Of a stretch of DNA of 64,000 nucleotides, positions 11,770 to 24,045 are shown one piece after another. The notes under the pieces were generated by a model, which saw nothing but the letters and a program-made list of their open reading frames with translations, was not told where the DNA came from and did no database searches. The stretch covers positions 47,494,001-47,558,000 of the forward strand of contig NC_045707.1 in NCBI RefSeq assembly GCF_009834535.1. Reading direction: 5' to 3'. Each line of letters begins with the position of its first letter. The stretch's first letter is position 1. The stretch comes from Camelus ferus (lineage: Eukaryota). A program made the translations under genes and the position numbers.

Positions 11770-12307
11770 TGTTTTGGTTACGTATTACTGTGTAACAATC
11801 CACTCAAAACCTAATGGTTTAAAACATTAACAGTGTATTACTTCTCATGATTCTTTGATTTGACTGGGTGGTTCTGCCTTAAGTTATGTAGACTTGGGTT
11901 TTGAAAAGGCCAGAAGGGCCAAAATGGCCTCACATTCATGGCTGGGGGATATAACTGGATACTGGCTGGCAGCTCAGCTGGGGCTATATGTCAGGGGGCT
12001 CAGTTCTCCTTTATATGGACCTGTGTATGTGGCTGCTTTGACTTGCCCACAGGATAGCAGTTAGGTCCTAATAAAGAGCATTCCAAGAGGAAAGGAGCAG
12101 AAGCTGTCAGTCTTCTTAAGGTTTGGTTCAGAAGTGTCAGAATGTCACTTCTGCCCTATTCTATTGGTTAAAGTAGCCACAAGACTGCTCAACGCCAGTT
12201 ATGATTCAAGAGGCCAAGAAGTAAACTGTCTTTCAGTGAAGGGGTGGCTTTTACATATAAGAAGGGAAGAACTTGATGGCAGCCATCTTTGTAGACCATA
12301 TGTCACA
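11770..12307 (-). mobile_element. MaLR (MLT1-type) solo LTR
   Basis: TATTACTGTGTAACAATCCACTCAAAAC...TGTCACTTCTGCCCTATTCTATTGG...GCAGCCATCTTTG, typical of a reverse MLT1. Confidence 0.7.
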
Positions 12308-14220
12308 GTCTCTGCAAATTTGGTTTACTGGCTGTCTTTCGTTCTGCTCTTTTGAGACAACATACCATTGTTATCATTCTTTTTTGATCTGTTTAATGTA
12401 TTCCTCTTCCTCTATATGTGTGATGATATCTACATCTATGACTTCCTCCTAAACTACATTCCCAACCTAGAATTATCTCCCAAGTTGCCTACTAGGTATC
12501 TTTTGATGTTCCAAAGGAACATCTCACTGTTGATATTTTGAAAACAGAGTTCATTATATTTCCTTCTAAACACTGATAGGCAAATTACTCTCACAAATTT
12601 GTTGAAGTGGCACTTTTTAAAAGATTAATTGGAATAACTAAGTTCACCCAATTAGAAACTGAATTGGATTATCTTCTTTGCAATTTGATTCAATTTAGTA
12701 TGAGCCATTCAAGTATATTGTTATTAATTCCTCTCTTCATCATTTTAGTTTATACATGGATTTGGAAGATTAATAAAGAGTAGGGAAAACTTAAAACACA
12801 CCCACAATTGTCCATATGCATGTAAAGACTAAGTCTTCTCCAGTTGGCTTGTGGTCTCTACAAATAGATATGTTCCTAGGGCCACTTGGGAGAGAGGGAG
12901 GGATGGGGACTGCACGCACACACACACACACAACAGAGAAATGAAAATTAGTGAAAGTGTCAGATAAAGATAAATTTTAAGAGTCAACAAAAGACACAGG
13001 AATCTATTATCTAATTTTACTTCTGTATTCAGAGATTAAAGACTTTACCTCAGAGTTTATCTCCATCATGAAGTGCTTTTAGGTAGAAGTGATCACTGTC
13101 TTTATGCCTCTGCTTTTATTTCTGTCATAGAACTGATGATCGTCTATTGCTTTTACTTGTTTACATGTTTACTTCCCCCGTTAAACTGAACAGCTTGAGA
13201 GTCTGGAGTAGACAAATTCTGTGGAACAATGAGTTAATTCTTTACTTATGAATGAGTACAAAAAATAGAGGACTCAATTCTCCATCTTTTACATTTTTCT
13301 TTGTTGGCAATTTCCTTCCTTTCCTATCATTAACCATGTTTCACAGATGAAGCTGATTCTGTCCCTTTACTCTCTACCCCCACCCCCATCCTAGAGAATA
13401 ATTCTTCCACCAGTATTGTCCCGTTATCTTTTACCTTTCTCATATGCTTGTGCTGTAGTGGACTTGGTCTTCCCCATCATTAGAACTGATCCTGTTCTCC
13501 TATTCCTTTTGTACTAGAATGAATTCATTTGAGTATTTTCAGTCTACTCATTTCAGTTATTGTGTCTTCTACCATGGCAGCATTGCAGTGGCATGGAGCA
13601 AGGAGGGTCCCTTTATCTGCTGTTTACAATCCAACAGGGGAAGATACATGTTTCTTATACCCCGAATAATAATCCCAAATGTGTTTTCTCATGGAATCTC
13701 TCCTGCATTAGGACTTCGGGTGGTCTCTCACTATTCTGTATCAGACTGACTCTTAGATGAAGGGAACAAAATGTGAAGTTTTGCCAGGAAATAGCATTTC
13801 AGACTCAAAGAACAGAAAGAAGCCAGTAATGCTGGAGCTAGATGAGTGAGGGGGAGAGTGGTAAGGCAGGGACTAGACTGTACAGATTTTATAGTCCTTA
13901 TTAGTGAGTTTAGATTTTATACTAACTGCAATAGGAAGCCATGGATACTTCTTGCTGGTAAATTAATGGTATTTTGTTTCTGGCTCAGGCATTTGACAGT
14001 TCTATCATTTCCGTGATAAAATGTTCTTCCATTTATAAGTAACATACTCTAGGAATACAATTATTCTCCTAAGGGATTTATATGTATATTCCACTATGCA
14101 TAAAATGTACAGTAGTTTTTTTAAGAATTGAGAAAACTAGAATACTAATATACAGTCACTAGCCATGACTTGTTAAAGAACATTAACTATTAATTCCTGT
14201 TTTTCCCAATGTATGTTTAG

Positions 14221-14275
14221 AGATGACATAACACTACTTAGACAAGAGGTCCAAGACCTACAAGCTTCACTTAAG
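14221..14275 (+). CDS. EEA1: EEA1 exon 4 (55 nt)
   Basis: TTTAG|A; DDITLLRQEVQDLQASLK; AAG|GTAAG. Confidence 0.95.
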
Positions 14276-14368
14276 GTAAGAATAAAAATGATTTTACGTG
14301 TTTATTTTCAATGTTTCAGATAAAAAAGTCTTAAAATTTACTAATTAAAAGGCATTTTTTTCCTTTAG

Positions 14369-14434
14369 GAAGAAAAATGGTACTCAGAAGAATGAAAGAA
14401 AGAATTAGAAAAGTTTCAAGGGCTACAGCAGCAA
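14369..14434 (+). CDS. EEA1: EEA1 exon 5 (66 nt) with in-frame TGA at 14393-14395
   Basis: TTTAG|GAA; EEKWYSEE*KKELEKFQGLQQQ; CAA|GTAATT. Confidence 0.92.
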
Positions 14435-16364
14435 GTAATTGCTTTTAAATACTTGAAGTGTGTTTTTAGTTGTTTATTTTCATTGCTGAAAATTAAGCAT
14501 AATATTTTTTTGTAAGCAGGTGGCCTGATATGAATAACTTCCTAATTTGTTTCTATGTGTTTAATATCCTGCATGTATACCCGTTTTAATATTAATGAAT
14601 GCAAATGAATATAACCAAAATATGGGAATCTAAGATATAACTCTTTAAAGGTGTTCCACTAAGCATCATTTACCTATGTGTTGGTTTTTTTTTATATCAG
14701 GCTACATTATTCTTATTTTCTGACAATATATCTAAATGTTTAAAAAGTATAAATAAGTTCAGACAACAGTGAAACTCTTCAAAGAATTGGTGACAAATTG
14801 GAAATCACTAAAATGTCTGTTAGGAGGGAAAGAACTATTAACTGCGGATAGTTTATATTAGTGGAGATCGTTTGAAAGCATGGGAAAACTCTTGTATTAA
14901 TGTTAGATTTTAAAAAACTCAATAAAAATTTTTATGTGTCCTTGTACACACACAGATACATATGCTATACAACTTTACAAAAAAAAATACATGAGGAAAA
15001 GAAAAGTCACTGTGGTAACAGAAGTGGTTATTTTTAGTGATTTCGTTTGATATCCTAGATTCTATATATATAAATATATACATATATTTCATAATCTTTA
15101 TAGTTTAATATATTTTCTAAGGAAATGTCTTAATCCAATTACGAGTTTTACACTAAAATTATCTTGACTTTTATACGAAAATTACATAAAGAATCCTAGA
15201 ATAATTTTACCTAATGCATATATAGTTTTCATTTATAAGAATAAAGTGGATACCCTTTAACAGTAGCTTTAATATTTTTATAAAGGAATTAATAATCCTT
15301 TTGCACATTATCTTAGCACATTGTGACTCTTAGTCTTTTTGCCTTTTTTATCTTTTCATCAAAAATCGTCATTCGGACTAGAGAAGAAAAACAAATGGAT
15401 AAAAAGATATGAGTCTTATTACTATTCAGCTTCTGTAATTGAGGATACATTAAAGAGGTTTTTAGTAATCTAAAATACTTATAGTTTACTTACTCATGTT
15501 TTATGTAGATGTTATTAACAATCAGAAATGGGCTATATTGTTTTCTGTACCTGAAAACACAGAGGAAATTGTTTCCTCATTTGAGACAACTGTTTTACAT
15601 TTAATACATTAAATACATCTTCCACAGTGCAATTGCCTTAATAAGAAATTTACCATTGGGGAAAGTGTATTTTAAATATTGATGATTATTAATAGTCAAT
15701 ATGCTTAAATCAATGTGTAGGAAAATAAAAAGTCAGATACACTGTGAGAAGCCTTATTAAACTCTTCTAGATATATATAATTTTTAGAATATGGAAGTAA
15801 TGACCAGGTGGTATATTATTTTATTCCTAATGCATGTGGTAAATTAAATCTTATGGAATATATTCTTTATTTCTGCTTCTTTTAAAGACAGTTTATGATC
15901 CTGAATTAAAAATTTATGTTTTAAAAGCCATTTTTTAGTAGTGATTGCTTCATGGCCTATTTTAGCTTATGAAAATTTTCAAATATTATAGGACTGAATC
16001 TTACCTGCTAACTTGAGTATTTGCTTTAGAATCTATATTTATAATTGTAATAATTTATCTTATTTATCTGTTATTGGATTTATGGGAATTTAAGATGCCA
16101 TCTATTGCAAGACCTAAAAATCTAATAATATGTTAACATACAAAAAGTCTTAGAGGAACTGAGCTGTATTTAGATCTTTATGCCAGTCTGCTTAGTGTTA
16201 CCTTAGTGATCTTGAAGAATGTAAGCAGGCCAAAATTTAATTTTTGTCAAAATCTTGCTACTTACCTGACAGATTGTGGCTTTCAGAGATTTTTTTTTTC
16301 ACATTGGCAATTGTAACAGCATTGTCTTTTCCTTTTAATGCATTTGTCTTTTGTTTTCATTGAG

Positions 16365-16404
16365 GAGTCTAAACCTGATGGATTAGTAGCTGATTCACCA
16401 GCAG
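16365..16404 (+). CDS. EEA1: EEA1 exon 6 (40 nt)
   Basis: TTGAG|GAG; ESKPDGLVADSPA; CAG|GTAACT. Confidence 0.88.
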
Positions 16405-17306
16405 GTAACTTTACTTGAAGCTATTGTTTTTTCCATTTTTATTTTTCATCTTTCTCATTCTTTCTTATTTCTTTTTCTCTGATGCCTGCTACGTGAATTT
16501 TGTTTTGTGGATACTTCATGGCTCTAAAACAGTGAAGATTAACAGTCATATTCTAGGCTGAGCAGCATGTTTGTTGCCTGTGAACTTCATAATTTAATCA
16601 GTTAACGAAAATCTTAGTGTCTCCTTAGATCATTATATTCTGAAGTTATAAACAAACTTCTGGAATATTACATTAATATGGTTGTTTAGTGAAAATTTAA
16701 ATCTATATTAAAGAGATGCACTCTTTTTCTCTTGAAATGAAGGAAAGATGAAACTAGCATCTTTGTAATGGACTTTAACTGGAGAAATGCTCAATGAATT
16801 AATCAGAATTATATTTTGAGGTTAGCTGTTGTATTTAATGTCCCTCTGATATCTCTTTTCTTTGTTAGAATGAAATAGTAGAAGTTTACTGCATATTTTA
16901 GTTGATTATTTTACATAAGGCCTTGCTTGTTCTTAAAACATTTCTAATTACATTTCATATTATAGTACATTTTATCAGAGGAGAGAATGTATTCCTTTTT
17001 GGTCAGTTGACAGATTTAGGACAATAACTGAAATATGAAATCAAAATAATCTTTAAACAAACATTTATGTCATTTGGGTGTGATGCTGAGTATTCCTTTC
17101 ATTTGTTTTATATGTTTGTAAATTATGACTTTGACCTTAAATGAAACATATGCTTAATTCTTGAAATGTGAAGATACTCTGCTTGTAATTGGATAGTAGA
17201 CTCATGTTGATTGTCTTTAATTACTACAATGATTAAAATATAAGTAATAACAATTAGGAAATGTAATTAATATTGTGTTTCAATAGCTACTGTACTTTTT
17301 TTGTAG

Positions 17307-17420
17307 AACTACAGTCTTTGGAACGACAATTAGAAGAAGCTCAAACAGAAAATTTTAATATTAAGCAAATGAAAGACTTATTTGAACAGAAAGCAGCCCA
17401 ACTTGCCACTGAAATTGCAG
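17307..17420 (+). CDS. EEA1: EEA1 exon 7 (114 nt)
   Basis: TGTAG|AA; LQSLERQLEEAQTENFNIKQMKDLFEQKAAQLATEIA; CAG|GTAAAA. Confidence 0.95.
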
Positions 17421-18072
17421 GTAAAATGAATCAGAATTTTTTTTAGCCAATAAATCAGTCTCATTACCTTTTTACCATTGTATGTTTGAGAAATAAACAT
17501 CGTATTTTAGTGTGATAAAGCATTTGTTAGACTTAATATGGTGATGATTAATGGAATTTAATGGTAAGAGAGTTGCTATAATGATAACAGAGTGCTCTAT
17601 AAATTGTTTCATTTGTCCTCTCATCTCTGCCTTTCAAAAGACTCACTTTACAGAAGATGAATTTTCTTTTGGGGTATGCTTAAAGATTAACAAGTAACAT
17701 TTTGAAGAAGTTAAATAATATAGAGTTAGTATTTGTTTATGCTATCAATTACATGTAATTTTTTCAACTACATGCTTTTGGGTAAAATATTATGTATGAT
17801 TAAGTATACATTAAAATGCTAATTAGTAATTTAGTGTGTGGAATTTACGTAGACAAAGACATTTGATCATTTTAAATTTATCATTTAATGTAATTAGAAG
17901 CACAATTTTATTGTATATATTTATAGTTATCTAAGGAATGTGAATTTGAATTAGAGTGATATATATATAGATAGATACAGATATAGCTATGTACTGGAAT
18001 ATAATTTATAAAACTGTTCTTCTCTAAAGTTAATGTCATGAAACTAATATTTATATAACTATCCTTAGTTAG

Positions 18073-18194
18073 ATATAAAGTCAAAATATGATGAAGAAAA
18101 GAGTCTTCGAGAAGCTGCTGAACAAAAAGTGACACATCTGACAGACCAATTAAATAAAGAGGCGACTGTAATTCAAGATCTGAAGACTGAACTG
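18073..18194 (+). CDS. EEA1: EEA1 exon 8 (122 nt)
   Basis: GTTAG|AT; IKSKYDEEKSLREAAEQKV...DLKTEL; CTG|GTAATT. Confidence 0.95.
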
Positions 18195-19093
18195 GTAATT
18201 TAGAAACCATTATTAGACTATAAACCTTATTTGAAATTGAAAAATAAAATATGTACTCTGATGAAACTTTTTAGAAATACAGCTTGAGTAAAATGGAGGA
18301 AATAAATTCTCCATAGTTTTACCACCTACATATATGAATTTTAAAGTAAAAATTGAAGTTTACAATACATAATTTATGATGTTAACATTCTTATTGTTTC
18401 TGTCTTAATATTATCTGTCTTACTTAGTAGTTTTCATATCTGCATCTCTGATCTTACCATCCTTTGAACTTTGTTTTGTAAATCCACCTACTTTTAGGAT
18501 ACTTTTCTAGCTTCGATTTCAGATTGGACAAGTGTAACATCAAGTCATCATATTTCCTCCATAACTATATTTCTGTCACTGGTACTACCCATTTTCAGCA
18601 CTCTCCCCAGGCTTAACAACCTGGGATCTGTTCTTGCCTCCTTCCTGTCCTTTATTTAGTACTTAATAGATATATGAATAAATGAATCAACTATATTGAA
18701 CCTGCAGCAGACTCTAATTATGCTTATATTTGCTCCTCCTTCATTTTATTACCAGTTTCCTAAGATAGAAAATGAAAGAATTTAGCATTTATCAAGTGAT
18801 TGTTATTACCAGTGAGTGTACTTTGCGAAGGAAGGGAAAGCAATTAAAGCACTGAGGACAACCTGTGAATTTGCTAGTTTGCACGTTGAGTGGTAATACT
18901 ATTAAATATGAGGCAGAGCGGGAAAAGGAGAGGACTGTTGAAGGGAAGACATTAGTGTTTGATGTTCGGAATCTAATAATTGACATTAAAGATTATTTTT
19001 ATTTTGATTTCTTTGCAGTAAAATTATTTTAAAAATATGTTATTTTAGTTTCACTGTAATTTTTAATTGAAATGGAAATGTGTTGCTTCATAG

Positions 19094-19249
19094 CTTCAGA
19101 GACCTGGTATAGAAGATGTTGCTGTGCTAAAGAAAGAACTGGTCCAAGTTCAAACGCTAATGGATAACATGACCTTGGAACGTGAGAAAGAATCTGAAAA
19201 ACTCAAAGATGAATGCAAAAAGTTACAAACAGAGTATGCTAACTCAGAG
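19094..19249 (+). CDS. EEA1: EEA1 exon 9 (156 nt)
   Basis: CATAG|CTT; LQRPGIEDVAVLKKELVQVQTLMDNM...YANSE; GAG|GTAATG. Confidence 0.95.
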
Positions 19250-21032
19250 GTAATGAAGTTCACTGCACTTAAATGAGATTATTGTTAACTTGTTTAGTGT
19301 ATACTGTTGAGTAAAGCCAGGATTTGAGATTTTTTTCTGAAGACCTATCAAACAGTATTTGCCTTTCTTTCATTTGGTCTGAGTAATATTTGTATATAGT
19401 CAGTATGGTTTGATAGTATTTTTTATTTTTGTTTTATGAAGCTAGAAACTTAGAGACGAATGTTTGCATTAAAGAGTATTATTCTATTTAACAAATGGTA
19501 TATTGTGGAGAAATGATATTTAAAGTTAAATTTGCTCCAGGCTAGTTAATAAGTTTTAATTGAATTTACCTAAATTCAGTTTGGGTAAAGGAAGTGTGAT
19601 TTAATTTTCTTCAATTGTATTACCAATATTTAGAAAAAAATATTCAAGAAAGGCTTATTTTCTAGTAGACTTGTTTTTTGTTTATCAATTATTGAATTAT
19701 GTGGTTGAAAGGAGTCTTAAAAATCATCCAGTCTAACACTGCATCCAAGAATTCCCCTTTATAGCATCTCTGGTAAGTGATCTACAACTCTTGCTGGGTG
19801 ATACATTTCTTCATAAGTCAACCATTCCATTGAGTTGACATTTGTTTCCCTGTAATTTGCATGCACAGGTTCAGTTTTCAGCAATTACACAGAATAAATT
19901 GTTCTTTTTTTCCACATGAAATATTTGAAGACTATTCATATTTACTCTGAGTTTTCTGTCTTCCAAGATAAACATTCTCAGTTTCTTCTATTGCTCACGT
20001 GACTTTGGCCTGTAAATCCCTTATGTAATTATGTCAGTGTATGACAAGCTCTGGGATATGTAGTAAATATTTCTCTTAAAAATCCTAGCCTTTGTTCTTT
20101 TTTTACTGTATTATAGGAGATATTTTATTATAACTACTACTATGTGCAGTTCTTAAGCTCCCTTATGTGATGTGGATGTTTGTTTTTCATGTTTTCAGTT
20201 TAAAAAGTTAAGTTGTAGTGATATTTTAATTTGCATCTCTTAGAGTTTTTCAGCTTGTGATCTAAAAGCCACTCTATTCATAATTGGTAACATATTAATA
20301 AGCCAATGAAGTATAAATATTATAGATAACGTATGTCACTCTTTAGTTTACTTCCTCCTATATCTTATCAATGGGGGAATGGTAAAAGTTTATGGTATAA
20401 CACATATAGGCATGTGAGAATTTATGATGCTTAACACTTCAGACTTCATGAACCTCAGGTGTAGATTTCCCAAAAGTGATCTTTGTAGCCCAGTGACATT
20501 TAATCTCACAACTTTTCAAACAATTTCAGGGAGTTCATGAATTTATCAAAGCCAGATGAAAGCTCCCAATGTATAATTAAGGAGAGTCTGAATCAAAGAA
20601 TCTCATGAGGAAAAAAGCCTGATTCAAACAATGCTAAAGTAGAAATACTTGAACCTAGGTGAATCTAGTCATTTATTTCTGTGGTTCAATAAGAATTACT
20701 TTTAATTAAATCTGCCTGATTACTAGTATTTCTCAAATACTAGTAAAAAAAAGTTACACTCTTTTGATTAAAAAATTCCTTTAATGTTATTTGAAATTTC
20801 AAAATAAGTGTAATAGGGTGACTAAAATTGAATCACAGTAATGGTAGTTTTAGAATACATCTATTTTAATGTGCAATCCTCTTTGACCTTTTCCAACTGA
20901 GAATTATGGAGTTATACATACACATCTTATATAAGTAGAGTTTGACCAAAGAGAATAAACTTACATATTTTGGGAAAAATATATGTGGGAAAATATATCT
21001 AAGTAATATTTTACTTAAGGATTACTCTATAT

Positions 21033-21145
21033 GGGACGGTGTAGTTCAGTGGTAGAGTGCATGCTTAGCATGCCTAAGATCCTGGGTTCAATCCTTAGGC
21101 CCTCCATTTAAATAAAAAAATAAACCTAATTACCCCCCCGCAAAA
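21033..21145 (+). mobile_element. tRNA-derived SINE, Vic-1-like, with TSD
   Basis: GGTGTAGTTCAGTGGTAGAG...GGGTTCAATCC; flanks AAGGATTACTCTA (21017-21029) and AAGAATTACTCTA (21144-21156). Confidence 0.85.
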
Positions 21146-21341
21146 GAATTACTCTAAGTTTAATATGGAGGATTTTTATAAATTTGTTTTTATTCATGTA
21201 GATTAAAATATGTTTATATATAATGAGAATAGGTCATTAGAGATGAGAAAGTTTTAACTAGACATAAAAGATTTGAGGTGAAAGGGTTTAGTATCTTCCC
21301 ACATTGTCCACCTGTCAACATGGGTGATGAAACAATGATTT

Positions 21342-21620
21342 GTTTTAATTTAATTTTTTTTTTTAAGTATAGTCAGTTTACAGTGTGGTGTCAAAGTCTG
21401 GCATGATGTTCAGTCGTACACATACATACATATGTTCCTTTTCAAATTTTTCATTATAGGTTACTATAAGATACTGAATATAGTTCCCTGTGTTACACAG
21501 TATATATTTGTTTATCTATTTTATATGTAGTAGTTAGTATCTGCAAATCTCGAAATCTCAATTTATACCCCTTGGTAATCATAAGTTTGTTTTCTATGTC
21601 TCTGGATCTGTGTCTGTTTG
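21342..21620 (-). mobile_element. Short 5'-truncated L1 3' end with TSD
   Basis: T-rich head and L1 3'UTR similar to 1760-2040; TSD GAAACAATGATTT at 21329-21341 and 21621-21633. Confidence 0.85.
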
Positions 21621-23629
21621 GAAACAATGATTTATTTTTTTCTCTAGAAAAGATATTTCTGAGAAAGAAGAAAAGTGGCTTAGAAATCCATTCTTCACAT
21701 TTTAATTTCTTTTAAGTTTTCCTAAAATGTATCTTTCCAAGTGTTTTGAAATAAATTTTAAAATACAGGGATTTGTTCTTTCAGAGTAATTGTTGATTTA
21801 ATATTTCATCATATTTTTAATAAAACAAGGATACTATTTACTCGCTGTTCAGTTAATAAATATGTAGTGATCAAGACCTCAGATTATGCTGAAATATTTT
21901 GAATAGCTTTAGGAAATAGTAGCTTGAGAGTCAGAGCAGTATATTGTTATTAGAAACAAACTCTTTTTGAGCACTTAGGTTTTGGACACTATGCTAGGCA
22001 CTTTAAATATGTGGTTTCATTTGTTTCTTTTATCCCTGTAAGTTAAGTATTAAGTTTGTTTTAACCATGTAAGTTAAGTACTAAGTTTGTTTTATGTGTA
22101 GGGAATTTGGGCTCATTGAAGTTAAATAACTCATTCAAGGCCATGTACCTAATATAAAGAAGGTAGCATTAGATCCCAGGTTGTATACAAAGCCCGTGTT
22201 CTTTTTGTATCATGTTATCTCCCATTTTAGGTGATCTGATGATTGCCTTGTAAGTAAATTTGTGCTATTAATCTTTACTTAATACTTATTATTATTACTT
22301 TTTAAATTTTGACATATTGTATTGAATATAGCTTAAATACCTTTGAGTTGTGTCTCATACCATTTCCATATGAAAAAAATTACCGTCTTAATCTTCCATC
22401 TCATTTATTTGTTTATAACTCTTTTAGCTTCTGCTTACTCTTTAAATATATGACATGTATTTTATTAATTTATTAAAATTCCATTCTATTTATTCTCAGT
22501 TAAACATGCTAATAAATTATAGCACTGAAGGAACTTAATAGAAAAAAATTTTATTTTTTATATTACTGCTTTAACTGAACCTAAATATTGACATCAGAAA
22601 CAAAACACATTAAAAGAATTAAAGAAGTGAAAAATGCAGTGGTTTATTTGATATTTCTAGTTTAGGCTGAAGATATATAATCTGGTGTACATTGTTAAAT
22701 ATGTTCCATTACTGTCATTGAAAATATACCTTATGCATTTGTAGACAGTTCATTTTTTTGGTCCAGATATTTTAAAAGGCATATAGAAAAATAACTCATT
22801 TTAAAGCATTTAAAAGGGCTTTATAAATAATTAGCTATTCTTTAGATCAGAAATTAAGGCTTTAAAGGTTAATAAAAGTATTATTTCCAAAAATCTGCAT
22901 TTTTGAAAATATCAAAATGGTAATCAGCTTATTTGGTGTGGTCTTTAATGAAATGATTCTTTAAAAATTTTATTTCTATTCCAAATATACTCATTTGAGT
23001 CCTAATTTTTAAAGCTAAAAAGTTTAAAAAGATACGAAATAAGTAATATTACACTCATGCATAGTTATGAAAGAGCATTTGAATATCTTTTAAAAGTATG
23101 CTAGTGTAAGAGATCAGAGATTAGTAGTGTGTTTGGACTTTTTATCGTGTGTTCAATGTGTACTTTTGTCAGTCTTGTCTTCCACCTTTCATCCATCATT
23201 TTTTTTTTTCTGCTTTCTAATGGAGATGCTTAAACTTGAGGTAATGTGTTTTTGGAAGGCTTTGAATAATAGTAATACTTCTAATATAGCACCTTCTTTC
23301 ATCGTATGGCAAATTTTGTGTTTCAAGGCAATATAAGAACTTCAAAGATATACTCATTTTTGTTTTATTAACCAAGCAAACTTTTAACCATCTTTAAAAT
23401 AATTATTTGCTAAGAGTAGTAGAATTTGAGGACAATAATTATAATCCTAAAGCACTAGCAGGATGTTTGCTTGAAATATCATTCTTTAATTCTTTTGTAA
23501 TTTATAGTTTTCTAGTAAAATTTGATGTTAAATTCAATAACATGGCTTCAAGGGAATGCAGGCTATTTTATAGGATCTTATATACTGTTTTCATGGGAAC
23601 AAATATTTGTTAACTTCTAGGATATAGAG

Positions 23630-24045
23630 TCACTCATCCCTTTAGTGAGTATTTTTTGAATGCCTGAGTGCCAGCAACTATTTTAGGTGTGGGGAGTACA
23701 AGAGTGAATTAAACAGAGTGCCTGCTCTCATAAAGCTTATCTTCCTTTAGCCAAATAATATGTAAGTAAACCAAATCATGATAGAAAGTCGGTTCATGCA
23801 AAGTGCTATAAAGAAAAACAAAGCAAGATACAGGCAGTAGTGGGGCTGGAAGTAATATGGGACAGTTTTAGAATGATCAAGGAAGATATCCTCAACGAGG
23901 TTACATGGGAAAGAATGAAGTAAGCAAATAGTATGGTGAGTAACTGGGAGCAGCATTCTCAGGAAGAGGGAATGCAAGTGTTACAGCCTCCGGGCACAGA
24001 TGAGCTTCGCCTGTTAACTAGTAAGGAGTGTCAGTGTGGCTTGAA
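23630..24045 (-). mobile_element. L2 fragment
   Basis: TCACTCATCC...TATTTTTTGAATGCCTGAGTGCCAG...CAGCATTCTCAGGAAGAGGGAA resembles reverse L2. Confidence 0.6.

Noticed and set aside
14393..14395. Selenocysteine or programmed readthrough at the TGA
   Set aside because: EEA1 is not a known selenoprotein, the orthologous residue is Leu, and the context TGA-AAG is not the TGA-CTAG readthrough motif.
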